Of a DNA stretch of 64,000 nucleotides, positions 52,001 through 61,647 are shown in pieces. A program made the position numbers and the translations under genes. This stretch comes from Tubulanus polymorphus (taxonomy: Eukaryota > Animalia > Nemertea), in the NCBI RefSeq assembly GCF_964204645.1, contig NC_134031.1, positions 1,116,001 through 1,180,000 of the forward strand. Reading direction: 5' to 3'. The stretch's first letter is position 1, and each line of letters opens with the position of its first letter. Below the pieces are notes generated by a model. The model was given only the letters and a program-made list of their open reading frames with translations, was not told the origin of the DNA and searched no databases.

Positions 52001-55000
52001 ATACCTACCCTTAACCCTGTTGCGTCGAAAATGCTAAAAACCGTTGGTTACTGTCCGCTGTATAATATGAGTATGGCTTAGCTTAAGTAAATGCATGAAC
52101 TTATGTATTCATCACCTTATAAATATCTTCCAGCCCTCCCCCCTGATGGATCTTACGTTATATACCCCAGTACCCTATGGAGAAAATATCAGTTAATACA
52201 TGAAATGCATGATGCTGAGGATCCAGTTCTACTGTTAGACTCTACAATTATAATCAGTTCATTTAGCAACATCTTCGCTCGGCGCCACTGTGGAACTGGA
52301 TCCTGTGCTTTCAAACCCTTATCCTTTGCTTTAGCGCTTTAAGTTGATTATTAACTACTAATTTGACGAAATTATTTTAGTTTTCAGTTAACATATTCAA
52401 GTGTTGCTTGTTTTTGATCTTGCTTTTAGTTCAAATAGAACACACTGTGCCAGCCCTTCCTATTAATCACCCCCTTGTCTTGTAAAATACACGTATTGTT
52501 CTGTCCAATGTTTACCCAAGTTCTTTAAAAAGACTCCGGATCTTTTTAAGCTGCATGATATGTATGAGCTACAGGAAGGTAGCCTCAGCCATCTCTTGTG
52601 CTTATATGAAATACTAAGCTTATACCATAGATACAATATGTCTACATGGCTTATACCTTGGAGTAACCTAGTTTGACTACTTCAAGCTTATACCTAACCT
52701 CTTGTATGTTAACGCTCTACCTTCCTATAAATCTGGGCTTTGCTAAAACCTTCCAACTCAAATTCTTTCAGTTCTTTGAGAGTAAAACTGGCATTACTGG
52801 GACCATTACTGGGAAAGTATATCTATTCCGTATGAAAATAGGTTGAATAAAGCCCGGGTTTACAAGTGTGTTTTGGATGAATTGTAAAATTTAAATCCAT
52901 TGATGTTTAGAATTTTCAGTAGTTCATTCACTTGCAGTTGTAAGTCATTGACAGATACGCCTTGAATTACACTGTTTCTCTGACTATCAACAGCAGGGCT
53001 CAGTTTCACAAAAAAGTTAAACTCAAATTTTTGGTGTAAATGCCATTGGTTACTTCATGTTTTCAATGAGGACAACAATTCAAACTTAACCGTTTTAGGC
53101 TTAAACTTGTTCGTGAAACTGGGCCCTGCAAGGTTATCTAATTGCACATTTAATTTATTCATTATTTTGTGTTAAACAACATTAGTTTGTAGTAAGGTTT
53201 GTTTTAGTAGTAGGTGAATGTATTTTGGGTTGTAACGGTAAGCTGCTTAAAACACACCAATGTGTTGCTACAAAGTCCTCTCTTATTAATGAAATTGCAA
53301 AAAGACATTTTAGTTAAATATGACTTTTTGTTACCCCACAATCCAACGATGTAGCAATCACATGTATCACATATACAGCTCCGACCTTACACTTATAGAA
53401 ATCCCGGTTTTTTCCATGCAACCTTTTTATTTATTTCTTTTATTAAAACGCAATTTTTGCAGAGAAAGAACGAAGACATGCAGGCAGTGGTGTAAACAGA
53501 AGGTTATATAACCAGCAAAATTTCTCTCATTTCTCAAATAAAAAGTCTATATTCAAGAAAATGAACATCTAGCAAATGAAAAACCTGTTGATGAGAAATT
53601 TATTGGAAAATCAGATTTCAAAATGAATATTTCTTACGGTTTTTCTTTTGTGATCATCTATGGTAATTTAATGAATGGGAATCTATTATACATTTCAATA
53701 TCTTCTTCTTCATTATCATCAAATCTTGGTTAAAGCTCTTCGGGGAACGGTTGTAATGAAATTCTACTCTGTATATTATAAATTGACGACTGCCATTTTC
53801 GACAATATTTCAAGGAATGATCATTTCTGCATGATGTCTTCAATGCACAAAGCAAAAATAGTCTTCATCGAATCTTTAGTTTTTAAAGACCAAAAATCTA
53901 ATATATCCACGTAGAGTAAAACGATATTAAGGTCCATCAGAGATGAAGTAGACTTTAATAGTAGTGGTCCATAAGCTATCCTAAACTCCTCTGAACCAAC
54001 CAATGTAGTTGTAGTCGAAAATTGTCCTGCATTATCTTAGAAAACAACCTAAACATTATAGCATCTGTAGACAGTGTAGCTGTCCGTAGCCTCTGACTTA
54101 TAAATCCTTTACCACAACTGCATAAACAATGTTACTTGAACCCCTAATGCTTTTTGGTGTCCTATACACAAAACTCATTAATGCTAACTATCTGTTATCC
54201 CAAACTTGAGTCTTGGACAACAAAAATATTAACAATATGGACACAGTTTTGGCAAAAAAGATTATTTTGAACCACCCAACTCAGACATTATTCTCAACTC
54301 AAACATCAGACATGAGCGGAGTCTAGTTTACACCTAGCTATGAATTCGTCTTTATTTCATTTGGTAAAAGTTCACCATATTTTGCTTAGAAATATTGATT
54401 TTCGTTCAGTGTTTGAGGTGTACTGAAATTGGTGCTGGTTTTTTTTATTGTATAAAGAATGTTAATCTCAGAATTAATTCCCTCGTCAAATACAGAATTT
54501 CTTGTGAAATCTGTATCACGATGGGTAGTTATTTCTGATTTGTGCCTTATTGTGGTGGATGCATTTATTTATTTTCCGTAGGGTAGAAGCATTCTACCTG
54601 AAATATCGATATAAAAGACTTATGTTGTTAAATCTTCAATATTGTGGTTTGTTATATACACTTCATAGGCGGCAACTTGTCTTGATTGTATCATTAAAAG
54701 AAACCTACAAGATCAATATTCGAACAACTGTTATTGTTCCTTTTTCTTACATTCATGGTGAGTGGAATCTTTCCACCCATCTTTAGAGTTTATTTGAAGA
54801 TAGGTGGATGGATTCCACCCAAAAAGTAAGATAAAAACAAGAAAAGTTTGTTTGAATTGATAGTGTGGGTTACTCTTAATGATATTCATTAAACATTATC
54901 TGAGTTGATTGATTTCTACTTTCTACTCGTGAATGTTCATCGTAGTAAAAATATCTGCTGTTTATTTTCAGGTCATGAAGATAACTTAAATATTCCTGGG

Positions 55001-55912
55001 TCCCCGAGATTATCACGCGGTCGCAGTCGTAGTCGCAATCGACCGCCATTACAGCAACAACGTCAAGTGATTGGCTCTCCGAACCCGAGTCCGGCGGTCA
55101 GTCGCAGCGGAAGTCGCGAACCGTTATACCGAGCTACATCTCTCGAGACGCGTTCCAGAAGTCCGTCACCGTGTGCCTCGCCTACAGACACGCCTATACA
55201 CGAATACTACGGATCGTCGAATCTAACCGATCGGTCTCGTAGTCCGAGTCCGTCGATGTCTCCACCGAAACGTGCGCCTCGACGTCTACCACCCACCCCT
55301 AATAAACCTACAACTTTGAACTTGCCCGTGAAACGGCAGGACGAAAAAATGCCTCACGTAGTGCCATCACCGACGATACCGCAATCGCATAGGAGTCCCG
55401 GGAGTATTAACTTCCCTCGTTTGAATGCATCACCGACCCATCTGCCAAAACTCGCCGTGCCAATTCCACCACGAAAGTGTCGGTCGTCGTCGCCGGGACG
55501 ACCGATGGCGATTAGTCCCACCGAGAAAAACAATCTGAATATCATCAATAATCAGAGCGCGGTTCGTTCGTCACCGTCGCAGTTACGGACGAGTTTACGT
55601 GATTTGAGTCGGCCGAATAGTGAGCGTAACCTTAACGACGGTCTCGACGAGCATCGTTACGCCGGACAAATACTAAACAACGGACAACGTGACACGTCGT
55701 TCGAACGTGATAATCGACTTCAACAAGACAATCGGTTCGAATTCGAGCCGAGGTCGATGGCCGTCGTGCGTCCGTCTGCCGGTGGCCTGCCCTCTTCCAA
55801 TCTGCCCAACGGATTTAAACCGGGTCAAGGGCAAAGAACCGATCGAAGCCGCGGAGGTAGCAGTCGGCCGCCGAGGGTGCATAGCGATTCCGACGAGGAT
55901 GATTGGTGCTAG
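1869..55912 (+). CDS. cac: Voltage-gated calcium channel Cav2 alpha-1 subunit (cacophony/UNC-2/CACNA1A-B-like), multi-exon, 5'-partial (domains III-IV and C-terminus)
   Basis: Spliced exons give [23 protein letters not shown]4 [22 protein letters not shown], pore loops TGEGWP and TGEAWQ, IVS4 [19 protein letters not shown]-like [20 protein letters not shown] and C-terminal DSDEDDWC*. All are Cav2 hallmarks and intron phases are consistent. Confidence 0.97.
2286..2475 (+). CDS. cac: Cav2 exon: IIIS1-IIIS2
   Basis: ttcag|A GTT CGT...TTG AAG|gtatt; [34 protein letters not shown]...VEMILK. Confidence 0.96.
3009..3115 (+). CDS. cac: Cav2 exon: IIIS3
   Basis: ttcag|GTG ATC...TTC AG|gtatg; [35 protein letters not shown]; ends in phase 2. 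Confidence 0.96.
3313..3333 (+). CDS. cac: Candidate 21-nt microexon, IIIS3-S4 linker (AMEAAN)
   Basis: ttattttag|TGCTATGGAAGCAGCTAACAG|gtagtt; phase 2-2, frame-preserving, TGC at -17. Confidence 0.6.
3506..3997. repeat. Minisatellite, 40-bp unit, about 12 copies
   Basis: Unit AGCTGATCTTACYGGTTACCCCTAGAACAGTATAAATACC in tandem. Confidence 0.95.
4078..4086 (+). CDS. cac: Candidate 9-nt microexon, IIIS3-S4 linker
   Basis: tgctctgttaaacctag|AAGAAGCAG|gtaatg; phase 2-2, adds about RRS, TGC at -17. Confidence 0.5.
4606..4829. mobile_element. Degenerate foldback/MITE with about 70-bp imperfect TIRs
   Basis: cctgcac...gtctgaa...cctttag...gatttatttt...tgttttgac mirrored by gtcaaaaca...aaaataaatc...ctaaagg...ttcagac...gtgcaag. 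The core AGTCATCTTCAGGAATA recurs near 29195 (rc), 36280 and 39295. Confidence 0.6.
5109..5123 (+). CDS. cac: Candidate 15-nt microexon, IIIS3-S4 linker (YKSD)
   Basis: atttccttttccatatag|CTATAAATCAGATGG|gtaagt; long pyrimidine tract, consensus donor, phase 2-2. Confidence 0.7.
5924..5996 (-). mobile_element. tRNA-derived SINE head / tRNA-like pseudogene
   Basis: Minus strand has A-box TGGTCTAATGG and B-box GGTTCAAGTCC at tRNA spacing, but the acceptor stem does not pair. Confidence 0.65.
7041..7152 (+). CDS. cac: Cav2 exon: IIIS4 voltage sensor
   Basis: ttcag|T GGC...CTC AAG|gtcaga; [37 protein letters not shown]. Confidence 0.96.
7766..7926 (+). CDS. cac: Cav2 IIIS5 exon, variant A (mutually exclusive)
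   Basis: 161 nt, ttcag|GCA...TGT CA|gtaagt; [53 protein letters not shown]. Confidence 0.93.
9670..9830 (+). CDS. cac: Cav2 IIIS5 exon, variant B (mutually exclusive)
   Basis: 161 nt, ttcag|GCT...TGT CA|gtaagt; [53 protein letters not shown]. Confidence 0.93.
11078..11221 (+). CDS. cac: Cav2 exon: domain III pore loop
   Basis: ttag|G GGG CAG...CCA CA|gtaagt; [47 protein letters not shown]. Confidence 0.96.
11285..12182. repeat. Minisatellite, 48-bp unit, about 18.5 copies
   Basis: Unit CTGACTCTGCTTGCCATAGAGACAACTGTCTCTGATTATCACGTRCCC; explains the long repetitive ORFs on both strands. Confidence 0.97.
12376..12577 (+). CDS. cac: Cav2 exon: IIIS6
   Basis: tatag|G GTT CTA...AAT CAG|gtttga; [15 protein letters not shown]...[32 protein letters not shown]. 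Confidence 0.96.
12718..12882 (+). CDS. cac: Cav2 exon: III-IV linker and IVS1
   Basis: ttcag|AAA CAA...ATG AAG|gtaagt; [55 protein letters not shown]. Confidence 0.96.
14780..15047. repeat. Degenerate minisatellite, about 31-bp unit
   Basis: TTTGATGATATACATCCCAAAATGATGTATG repeated about 8 times. Confidence 0.85.
16915..17025 (+). CDS. cac: Cav2 IVS2 exon, variant A (mutually exclusive)
   Basis: 111 nt, atag|TTC...AGG|gtaagc; [37 protein letters not shown]. Confidence 0.92.
18086..18220 (+). CDS. cac: Cav2 IVS2 exon, variant B (mutually exclusive)
   Basis: 135 nt, ttcag|CAC...CGG|gtatga; [45 protein letters not shown]. Confidence 0.92.
21254..21337 (+). CDS. cac: Cav2 exon: IVS3
   Basis: ctag|AAC...CAG|gttagt; [28 protein letters not shown]. 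Confidence 0.96.
22050..22061 (+). CDS. cac: Candidate 12-nt microexon, IVS3-S4 linker (TNNL)
   Basis: ttctattttctatctacag|ACAAACAATTTA|gtatga; phase 0-0. Confidence 0.55.
23595..23877 (-). mobile_element. piggyBac-like MITE, older degenerate copy
   Basis: TIRs CCCTTTCAGTGC...GCACTGAAAGGG; internal sequence is an inverted, diverged match to 27689-27976. Confidence 0.8.
24958..25014. repeat. (CT)n microsatellite
   Basis: Direct reading. Confidence 0.95.
25880..25915 (+). CDS. cac: Candidate 36-nt cassette exon, IVS3-S4 linker ([12 protein letters not shown])
   Basis: gattttttcttccaatcag|GTT...CCG|gtatca; phase 0-0, open frame, donor only moderate. Confidence 0.4.
27345..27461 (+). CDS. cac: Cav2 exon: IVS4 (NAGNAG acceptor; may start at 27342)
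   Basis: ttgttag|cag|TCA AAC...CTG AGG|gtaagg; [39 protein letters not shown]. Confidence 0.95.
27566..27631 (+). CDS. cac: Cav2 exon: IVS5
   Basis: ttcag|GCC...CAA|gtaagt; [22 protein letters not shown]. Confidence 0.96.
27689..27976 (+). mobile_element. piggyBac-like non-autonomous element (MITE) with TTAA target-site duplication
   Basis: TTAA|CCCTTTCAGTGC...GCACTGAAAGGG|TTAA; internal palindromic TACACCGCA(C/G)TGCGGTGTA motifs. Confidence 0.9.
28225..28464 (+). CDS. cac: Cav2 exon: domain IV pore loop and start of IVS6
   Basis: gcag|GTT...TTG|gtaaga; VFGNIKLD...[19 protein letters not shown]...[14 protein letters not shown]. Confidence 0.96.
28924..29051 (+). CDS. cac: Cav2 exon: end of IVS6 and proximal C-terminus
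   Basis: cag|ATG...GCC TC|gtaaga; [42 protein letters not shown]. Confidence 0.96.
29372..29468 (+). CDS. cac: Cav2 exon: EF-hand (equivalent of vertebrate exon 37)
   Basis: 97 nt, cag|G GGC...AGG|gtaagt; [32 protein letters not shown]. Confidence 0.96.
29618..29723 (+). CDS. cac: Cav2 exon: pre-IQ
   Basis: tgtag|AAA...CCA G|gtaagc; [35 protein letters not shown]. Confidence 0.96.
30271..30458. repeat. Tandem repeat, 48-bp unit, about 4 copies
   Basis: GAGATAATCAGGTCATTCACCCTGGCCGAGTGGTCCAATGACAGACGT. Confidence 0.93.
31867..31980 (+). CDS. cac: Cav2 exon: pre-IQ3 (3' end ambiguous: 31971, 31980 or 32001)
   Basis: ccag|TT GAA...; [34 protein letters not shown]; three phase-1 donor candidates. 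Confidence 0.85.
33425..33531 (+). CDS. cac: Cav2 exon: IQ-like calmodulin-binding domain
   Basis: tcag|AC ACG...GCT|gtaagt; [35 protein letters not shown]. Confidence 0.95.
34909..34935 (+). CDS. cac: Candidate 27-nt cassette exon (IKILGLDEE)
   Basis: ttgttattttcag|ATA...GAG|gtaaaa; phase 0-0. Confidence 0.65.
36071..36088 (+). CDS. cac: Candidate 18-nt microexon (DPKREE)
   Basis: ttgtatttttttaacag|GATCCTAAGCGTGAGGAG|gttggt; CACTAAT branch-point match upstream; phase 0-0. Confidence 0.65.
37398..37448 (+). CDS. cac: Candidate 51-nt cassette exon ([17 protein letters not shown])
   Basis: atttcag|AAC...GAG|gtaaaa; phase 0-0, hydrophilic peptide. Confidence 0.6.
38750..38791 (+). CDS. cac: Candidate 42-nt cassette exon ([14 protein letters not shown])
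   Basis: tatttag|AAT...TCG|gtagtt; GC-rich island in AT-rich intron, phase 0-0. Confidence 0.45.
38997..39103 (+). CDS. cac: Cav2 C-terminal exon
   Basis: tttcag|CGT...CAC GG|gtaaga; [35 protein letters not shown]. Confidence 0.88.
41681..41917. mobile_element. MITE with TIRs; related copy at about 60218-60472
   Basis: AAGGCAGGCATAGGTC...GACCTATGCCTACCTT flanked by TTA; second copy CGTAGGTCGGCC...GGTCGACCTACG. Confidence 0.6.
42106..42208 (+). CDS. cac: Cav2 C-terminal exon (alternative in-phase acceptor at 42094)
   Basis: ttacag|C GAA...CAG|gtatgt; [34 protein letters not shown]; phase 2 start matches the previous exon. Confidence 0.82.
44940..45041 (+). CDS. cac: Cav2 C-terminal exon (may be cassette or alternative terminal)
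   Basis: aacag|GCT...GAG|gtattt; [34 protein letters not shown]; phase 0-0. Confidence 0.75.
45445..45568. repeat. Tandem repeat, 18-bp unit, about 7 copies
   Basis: CTGTACTCAGTGTTGAGG. Confidence 0.93.
47268..47578. mobile_element. pogo/Tigger-like MITE containing two inverted copies of another MITE family
   Basis: Outer TIRs CAGCGGAACCTCGTTACAACGA / TCGTTATAACAAGGTTCCTCTG; the inner copies match the family seen at about 33045-33187 and 42650-42740. Confidence 0.7.
47729..47776 (+). CDS. cac: Candidate 48-nt cassette exon ([16 protein letters not shown])
   Basis: cattccag|GGT...CAA|gtgagt; consensus donor, phase 0-0. Confidence 0.7.
49563..50192. repeat. Composite tandem repeat: 81-bp block alternating with 1, 3 and 7 copies of a 32-bp unit
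   Basis: ATCAGGTGACCAG anchors at 49571, 49684, 49861, 50166; 32-mer GTAAAACATGGTAACCCTAGTGTTGGCCTGCT. Confidence 0.92.
50969..51209 (+). CDS. cac: Cav2 penultimate C-terminal exon
   Basis: ttttgtag|GAT...AAA G|gtagac; [31 protein letters not shown]...[32 protein letters not shown]. Confidence 0.88.
51408..51640. mobile_element. MITE (AGTTGCTCAAAAGTTGG family) interrupted by a nested CCAGTTCCACAG-family MITE
   Basis: Uninterrupted host copies at about 1402-1508, 37859-37983 and 57861-57991; insert at about 51449-51542 matches 58159-58266. Confidence 0.8.
52997..53125. mobile_element. MITE, intact (empty-site) copy of the element hosting the piggyBac-like insertion at 27689
   Basis: GGCTCAGTTTCACAAAAAAGTT...AACTTGTTCGTGAAACTGGGCC; reverse-complement match to 27664-27688 plus 27981-28091; third copy at about 13093-13220. 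Confidence 0.8.
54972..55912 (+). CDS. cac: Cav2 terminal coding exon (S/P/R-rich tail, PxxP motifs, DDWC PDZ ligand)
   Basis: ttttcag|GT CAT GAA...; includes RRLPPTP (compare the RIM-BP SH3 ligand RQLPQTP) and ends [11 protein letters not shown]. Confidence 0.96.
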
Positions 55913-58158
55913 CCAATCAGAATTCATCGTTTATTTTTATCTACGTGTAACTAATTAATACTATTATATGTTTCATGTCGGAATTATCAATTTTTCTACG
56001 CTCAAATTCGACGCGAAACGTCACATCGCCGTTTTCTTCAATCGTCGAATTCACGTTTTTTTTCCGCCTCGATCGACGGTAAACTGTTTAAAACGCAGCC
56101 AGGAATATGAAAGTTGTTTGTTTTTTTTTTGCCCATTTTTAAAAAGCCTGCTTTAATCTCGTACAGGTAACGTGTATAGAAATATGTTGTGTTTATTTTC
56201 TGACTCGTGTCTCATGCTTCGCTGTTTGCACAAAGATCAAAATCTAGTCATTTCAAAGCGTGCGGTCAATTAATAATATAATGCTTACGAAGTATTAAGG
56301 GTTTCTGAATCTCTGAATGAAGAACAATCTCTCGAAGTCTTAGTCATAAGTCTAAATTATCTCGCAAGTTTTTAGTCATGAGACATCAGTCATTGAGTCG
56401 TAAGTCTTAAGTTGGATCTCTTAAACTGGGAAAAAGTTTAAGACCGACTTCTAGGGGACATGACGGCTTGTAGGAACAAAATTCAATGATGAGAATGAAA
56501 GTATTACGAAAAACTGTCTGCATTTTTTGGAAAATAACGATCACCTTGAATGACCTTATTGCGCCTTTTCTGCTCAATTTTGTATGTTGTTGCGTAATGA
56601 TGAATAATGGCTATTATTCATTTTGAATTGATGGTCTCGGCATCCTGTGTTTTTTGAATAATTCCAAACAATGCCTAAGATTAACATCCACTGGGCAGCC
56701 ATGACAATGCAAAACCTATAAGCAATGTAGATTCTCAACTGTACCATCGCTCATCGAACTGAACATAGCTTTACGTAGATATTCTATATTAGTCTGTGGC
56801 CATAAGTAGAGTTTCTTAACCAAATTATTTCATTGAAATGCATCGCATAACTATGATGAATGTAGATAATTGACGTGGTTCCCATGTCCCTGTGCTATGA
56901 TGGTATCTGTTCATTTCAATTTCAGAAAATTGAAAGATGACCCCATGTAATACTTGGGAAAAATTAGAATTCACGTAACTGGGAACCATGACTACATTAT
57001 TAACGGTGATAGATTTGGTTGATTATTGAAGAGAAAAGTTCTTTCCATGATACAACCAATTTTCTAGCAATCTAGCTCTTTTTCTTTGACTGTAGTGTTT
57101 TGCATTGCTCGTGATGATTGTACACTCGGAACAGTTAGTAGTACATAGAATATATATGTACATGTGTATTTCATATCGGACGAGAGAGTCTGTGTCGCTG
57201 ACATGTACACGTTTGTTTCAATGTCCAGTCTTTCTGTAGCCGCCGATGTAAAACGGATGTTTTTTGTCTCAATTGAAAAATTGCGCGCGATCGTCGCCTT
57301 CAAACGATTGATGTCTAAATAATGTAAATATAAAATTAAAAAGCATTTCATGAAATATATAAATATCGTATTAATAATTAATATAAGCTCTCGATTCATT
57401 GTATACGTACGCACATACAGTACAGACGTATCTATGCGCGTACGTGTGGATCCGACATCGGAAAAATTGCAACATAGTTTTTTACTGAATTCGAAAGATT
57501 TAGTGTGTGTGTGTAACGAATCATAAATAATATAATCTTCGTTAATTTGTTAAAAATTATCATCGTCATGATAAAATTATAATGAATAATAAATAATATG
57601 TGTATTTACAGTTATATACCTTACTATACTTTATCGATAACCCATTCCTAATACAGCAGTCATGTTGCAGTTCTTCGATCATTCTCATCTCAACGATACA
57701 ACGATTTCCAGCTTGTCTTCGCTTTGAAATGATTCATCGCAATTCGTGAAATTTCGACCTTAGCAAAATACCGGTAGTGTTTCCTCAGCAGGATCACTTT
57801 TATAGTTGGATAATATAACATTGAACAAATGATAAGTAAGATTCAAATAAGACATCGTACCGGGGCTGGTCGCTCAAAAGTCGGTTAAAGGTAACCAGCG
57901 GATAAATACCATAGTAACAATGAACTATTAATTGTCACTATGTCAACTATCCACTGGTTAACTAACCAACTTTTGAGCAACTGCAGCCCCTGTATGTAAA
58001 ATACAGTGAAACTCTGATAAGTCATCACACTAATTACTGGTTATTTCAGAAAAGAGATAATGCTGGTAATCTTGGTCTCATGGAATAATAGAATGTCAAT
58101 GTTTCTACTTTCTGCCCATCATCATTCACTCAATTCACATTCCAAGTTTACAAATCAG

Positions 58159-58266
58159 GGTCCAGTTCCACAGTTCTGAGTTAAGATTTGACCCTGGGTT
58201 AAAACATTGAAAATGAACTAACTTTAACTCAGAGTTGACTCTAACTCACAACTGTGGAACTGGGTC
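58159..58266. mobile_element. Harbinger-like MITE with CAG target-site duplication
   Basis: CAG|GGTCCAGTTCCACAGTT...AACTGTGGAACTGGGTC|CAG; related copies near 7302, 22357, 30858, 33274, 34675, 40059, 51449, 52220. Confidence 0.75.
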
Positions 58267-61200
58267 CAGAGGTTCAATAATATTGACTGCAATGGAAGTT
58301 GAAACATTGTCATTTGATTGTTCTCATAGTCAGTTTATTCCTTCACTAAACTCTTGTTGCTGTGATATATAGATGTATTAAATCAATTGCAGCTTCTTGT
58401 TGTATGTAAACAAAAATTACATAATAATATTACGTTTATCGCTGTTAATTGATTATGAATTATTTATGTTTTGTTGAACGAACGGTTATATATTTATCTA
58501 GTCTATCATGTGATATTGTTCTTGTTCCCAGGGGTTGTAAATCAGATTTTCTCTAATCTGGAAAATGTTTTTATTACGAATTTCCGTATAAAATTCCATT
58601 TTGTTCATATTTCATTTTTTTAAGTTTTGGAGGGAGTTATATACAGTAGGCCTATACTTACTTGGAAATCACTTAGAATTTAAATTAATTTAGGAAACAC
58701 TTAATGACACTCTGGCAAGTGTGCATCAAATTCCACACCTGCACACACCCCCCCCCCTGCCCCGAATAAAACATACCTGGGGTAAGCAATGCTATGAAAG
58801 ATGAAAGAGATCGATTTAAGGATTTTTCAGATTAGAGAAAAGTCTATGTTTCATTTCCCACTTTCTCTGAAAATTTTATAAAACATTCTATACTCCGTTC
58901 TGCTATAAACGGCTCCATGTTTGGTACGCAGTTTTCGCACGGAATTGTTTTCGGGTATTCAATTCTATTGTTGTTGTTATAAAGGTTGTATATCGATGTT
59001 GTTGAGCGCCACGATGACTCACGCTAATCTTCTACCATTTTAAAATGGTTGACAAATGAATGGTGATAATTCGTTTATTTTTAGGTTTTTAGTCGACCAG
59101 AATAGAAATTAAACATTTTAGAGTTGAATTTGTCTACCTCAACAAAAAAGCACAAGCATTCAATCATCTGATTATTCAGTTGAAATTGCTCTGGTGATAA
59201 AAACTGGTTATTTCTTAGTATTTTACATTGAAAAATGCCAAGTTTAGGGATAAATCTTTCGTTAAAAAGTGTTTTTACTTTGTGCCTAAATTGTACAGAT
59301 TTTTGTTTTTCAGTTGAAATAGTTGTTATATTCATTTAAAGTTTGTGCACATAACATAGTCTCTTATTATTGTTGGAATGGAATTCTATCTAACCAGCTG
59401 GGTCACTGCCATGAGTTCTAGCTAATCTTACTTGTTAAAGGAAAATACCCGTCATAATTTCTATGAAACTGGTACCAAACATGTGCGAGTGCGATATACA
59501 TAATACTTTGTTCGTCTGGATTTAGCTTAGCTTTAGTATTTAGTAAAGCCTGGATCAGTAGGAAGCTCAGGAAATGAATCCGGGTTGATATCATGGATTG
59601 GTAGTACAGTGAATTACAGGATTTATCAAGATTATAATTCATTAGAATGATAACAATATGAATCTTGTCTTCTAATGAGTCTAAACAGTATATTGACGCG
59701 AACGTTTTCAAGATTGAGAATCCCCTCTCATCAGTTGAAATACAATTCCAAGCCAAGTGTCTTATTATTAGAATACATTTTGAATAAATTAATCAAAAAC
59801 AGTTTATACTCGATATAGAAAATGAAATTCATATTGTTTTCGCTTTTGGGATTTTCGATGTCCTGAACATTCGAACACTACTTACAGAATTCCCTCAGTT
59901 TATGATTTTACTAATCAATAGAATCCATAGATTGGTTACTGTATCACTGTATTATCAATCCAGTACTGTTCATGTTCTCAACGATCTGGTTGTGTTTACT
60001 AATGACTGATATTTGTCATCATGTTTGCTGAGGTGGTAATAACGATAAGATGACTGCAGCGCGAGTTATCTCAATAAGGCTCTATTTAGATGTGATCATG
60101 TGATTGTTTTGTTTCGTCGATGATATTTTACGCTTTAATACTCCATGACAAAAGGTTCTGCGCTAATGGCCTCTACAGTCCATGGTTCACTATAAGATGA
60201 ATAGTAAACGCCTTCCTCAAACCGGACGTAGGTCGGCCTTGTGACTGCCTGCGGTACAATTTTCTGCGATGCAAATGCACCCCTGCAACTGCCAACGACG
60301 ACGTTATAATGAGTCGTACATGTTCCATTTTCTGCGTTGCTACGCGACGGTCTCTCCCAGTCACAACTGACAGACTAGTCTCACACTGGTGCTGAAATAG
60401 CAGTCGGCCTACGTGCCCAATTGCGACCAGTTGTAACCTATCGCGTCGCAGGTCGACCTACGCCAGGCTTTATAAACATTTTATCCTGTTGAGTATGCCG
60501 AGTATAAGCATCTCTTTAAAAAGAAAACAAAGTATTATAACCATCCGATCTAATAGTTTATAGTTCACTCAGCGATTGAGGTCGATGTGGTGGTTATTTA
60601 CCTATAATATATAATACATGGTTTAAGCTACTTCTTACTAAATAGATTCTTCATCGTAAAAAAAATTATCTAGCAACTAAATCATACAACATATTATCTT
60701 ATAAATAAAAGCAGACCCGCCTTTAGTATTTGTATTTTTTTAAACGAAGTAGGTATACATTTCGTCTTAGAATGTGAAATATCGACATCGAATTTTGTGA
60801 TTAAAGTTTAATAGTATGGTGAATGTAAATGCATGAAGCGTCCTTTCATTTCCCTATAAATCATTAGTGTAATTCTCGATAACAAATTGTAAATTACTTT
60901 CTCGGAAAATGTGTGTGAAATGTACGAATCAAAAACGTTATATTCCTTTTTCTATACTTTGTGTCAAACAATTCATTCGTTCATCAGACATCGACTGACT
61001 AATGTCAACATGCGAGATATTTGAAACAGTGTAGAAATAATGTGTTGATTAGTTAACTGCATATTAACTAAAAATAGTATCGATACGAGAATATGTCAAC
61101 GGAGAATAAAATGTGGTATTTCAAACATCTAGAAGCCATGAATGATGTGTGTGCCCTTGTTTCAGATTTCTATGCAACTATCGTTAGTGCTATCTATAAT

Positions 61201-61339
61201 AGATCTGCAGAAAGCAGATACCTTTTTCTATTCGCGTAGAGAATTTTCTAATAGTCGCAAAATCGGAAAAAAATAATCTGTGAAAATTGGATAAAAATGA
61301 TGAAGGTTTATTGTACATTTCCGAAATTTTACACCAATA

Positions 61340-61647
61340 ACTCCGCTCGAGTCAGATCTCTTCAGACAAAATTTGTTTGACTTGAGGATGATATCTGAGT
61401 TGGATGATACAATAGACTCCGCTCAAATCGGATGTTTTGACTTGAGAGTGATATCTGAGTTGGATGGTACAGTAGACTCCGCTCAAGTCTGATCTTTTGA
61501 CTTGAGAGTGATATCTGAGTTGGATGATACAGTAGACTCCGCTCAAGTCGGATCTTTTGACTTGAGAGTGATATCTGAGTTGGATGGTACAGTCGACTCC
61601 GCTCAAGTCAGATCTATTGTCTTGAGAGTGATATCTGAGTTGGATGG
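61340..61647. repeat. Tandem repeat, 60-bp unit, about 5 copies
   Basis: CTTGAGAGTGATATCTGAGTTGGATGRTACAGTAGACTCCGCTCAAGTCNGATCTTTTGA; the GAT/GGT variants alternate. Confidence 0.93.

Noticed and set aside
6550-53833. Many TGCATG (Rbfox) motifs, about 30 by eye
   Set aside because: The reverse complement CATGCA looks similarly frequent, so there is no clear strand bias; a formal count is needed
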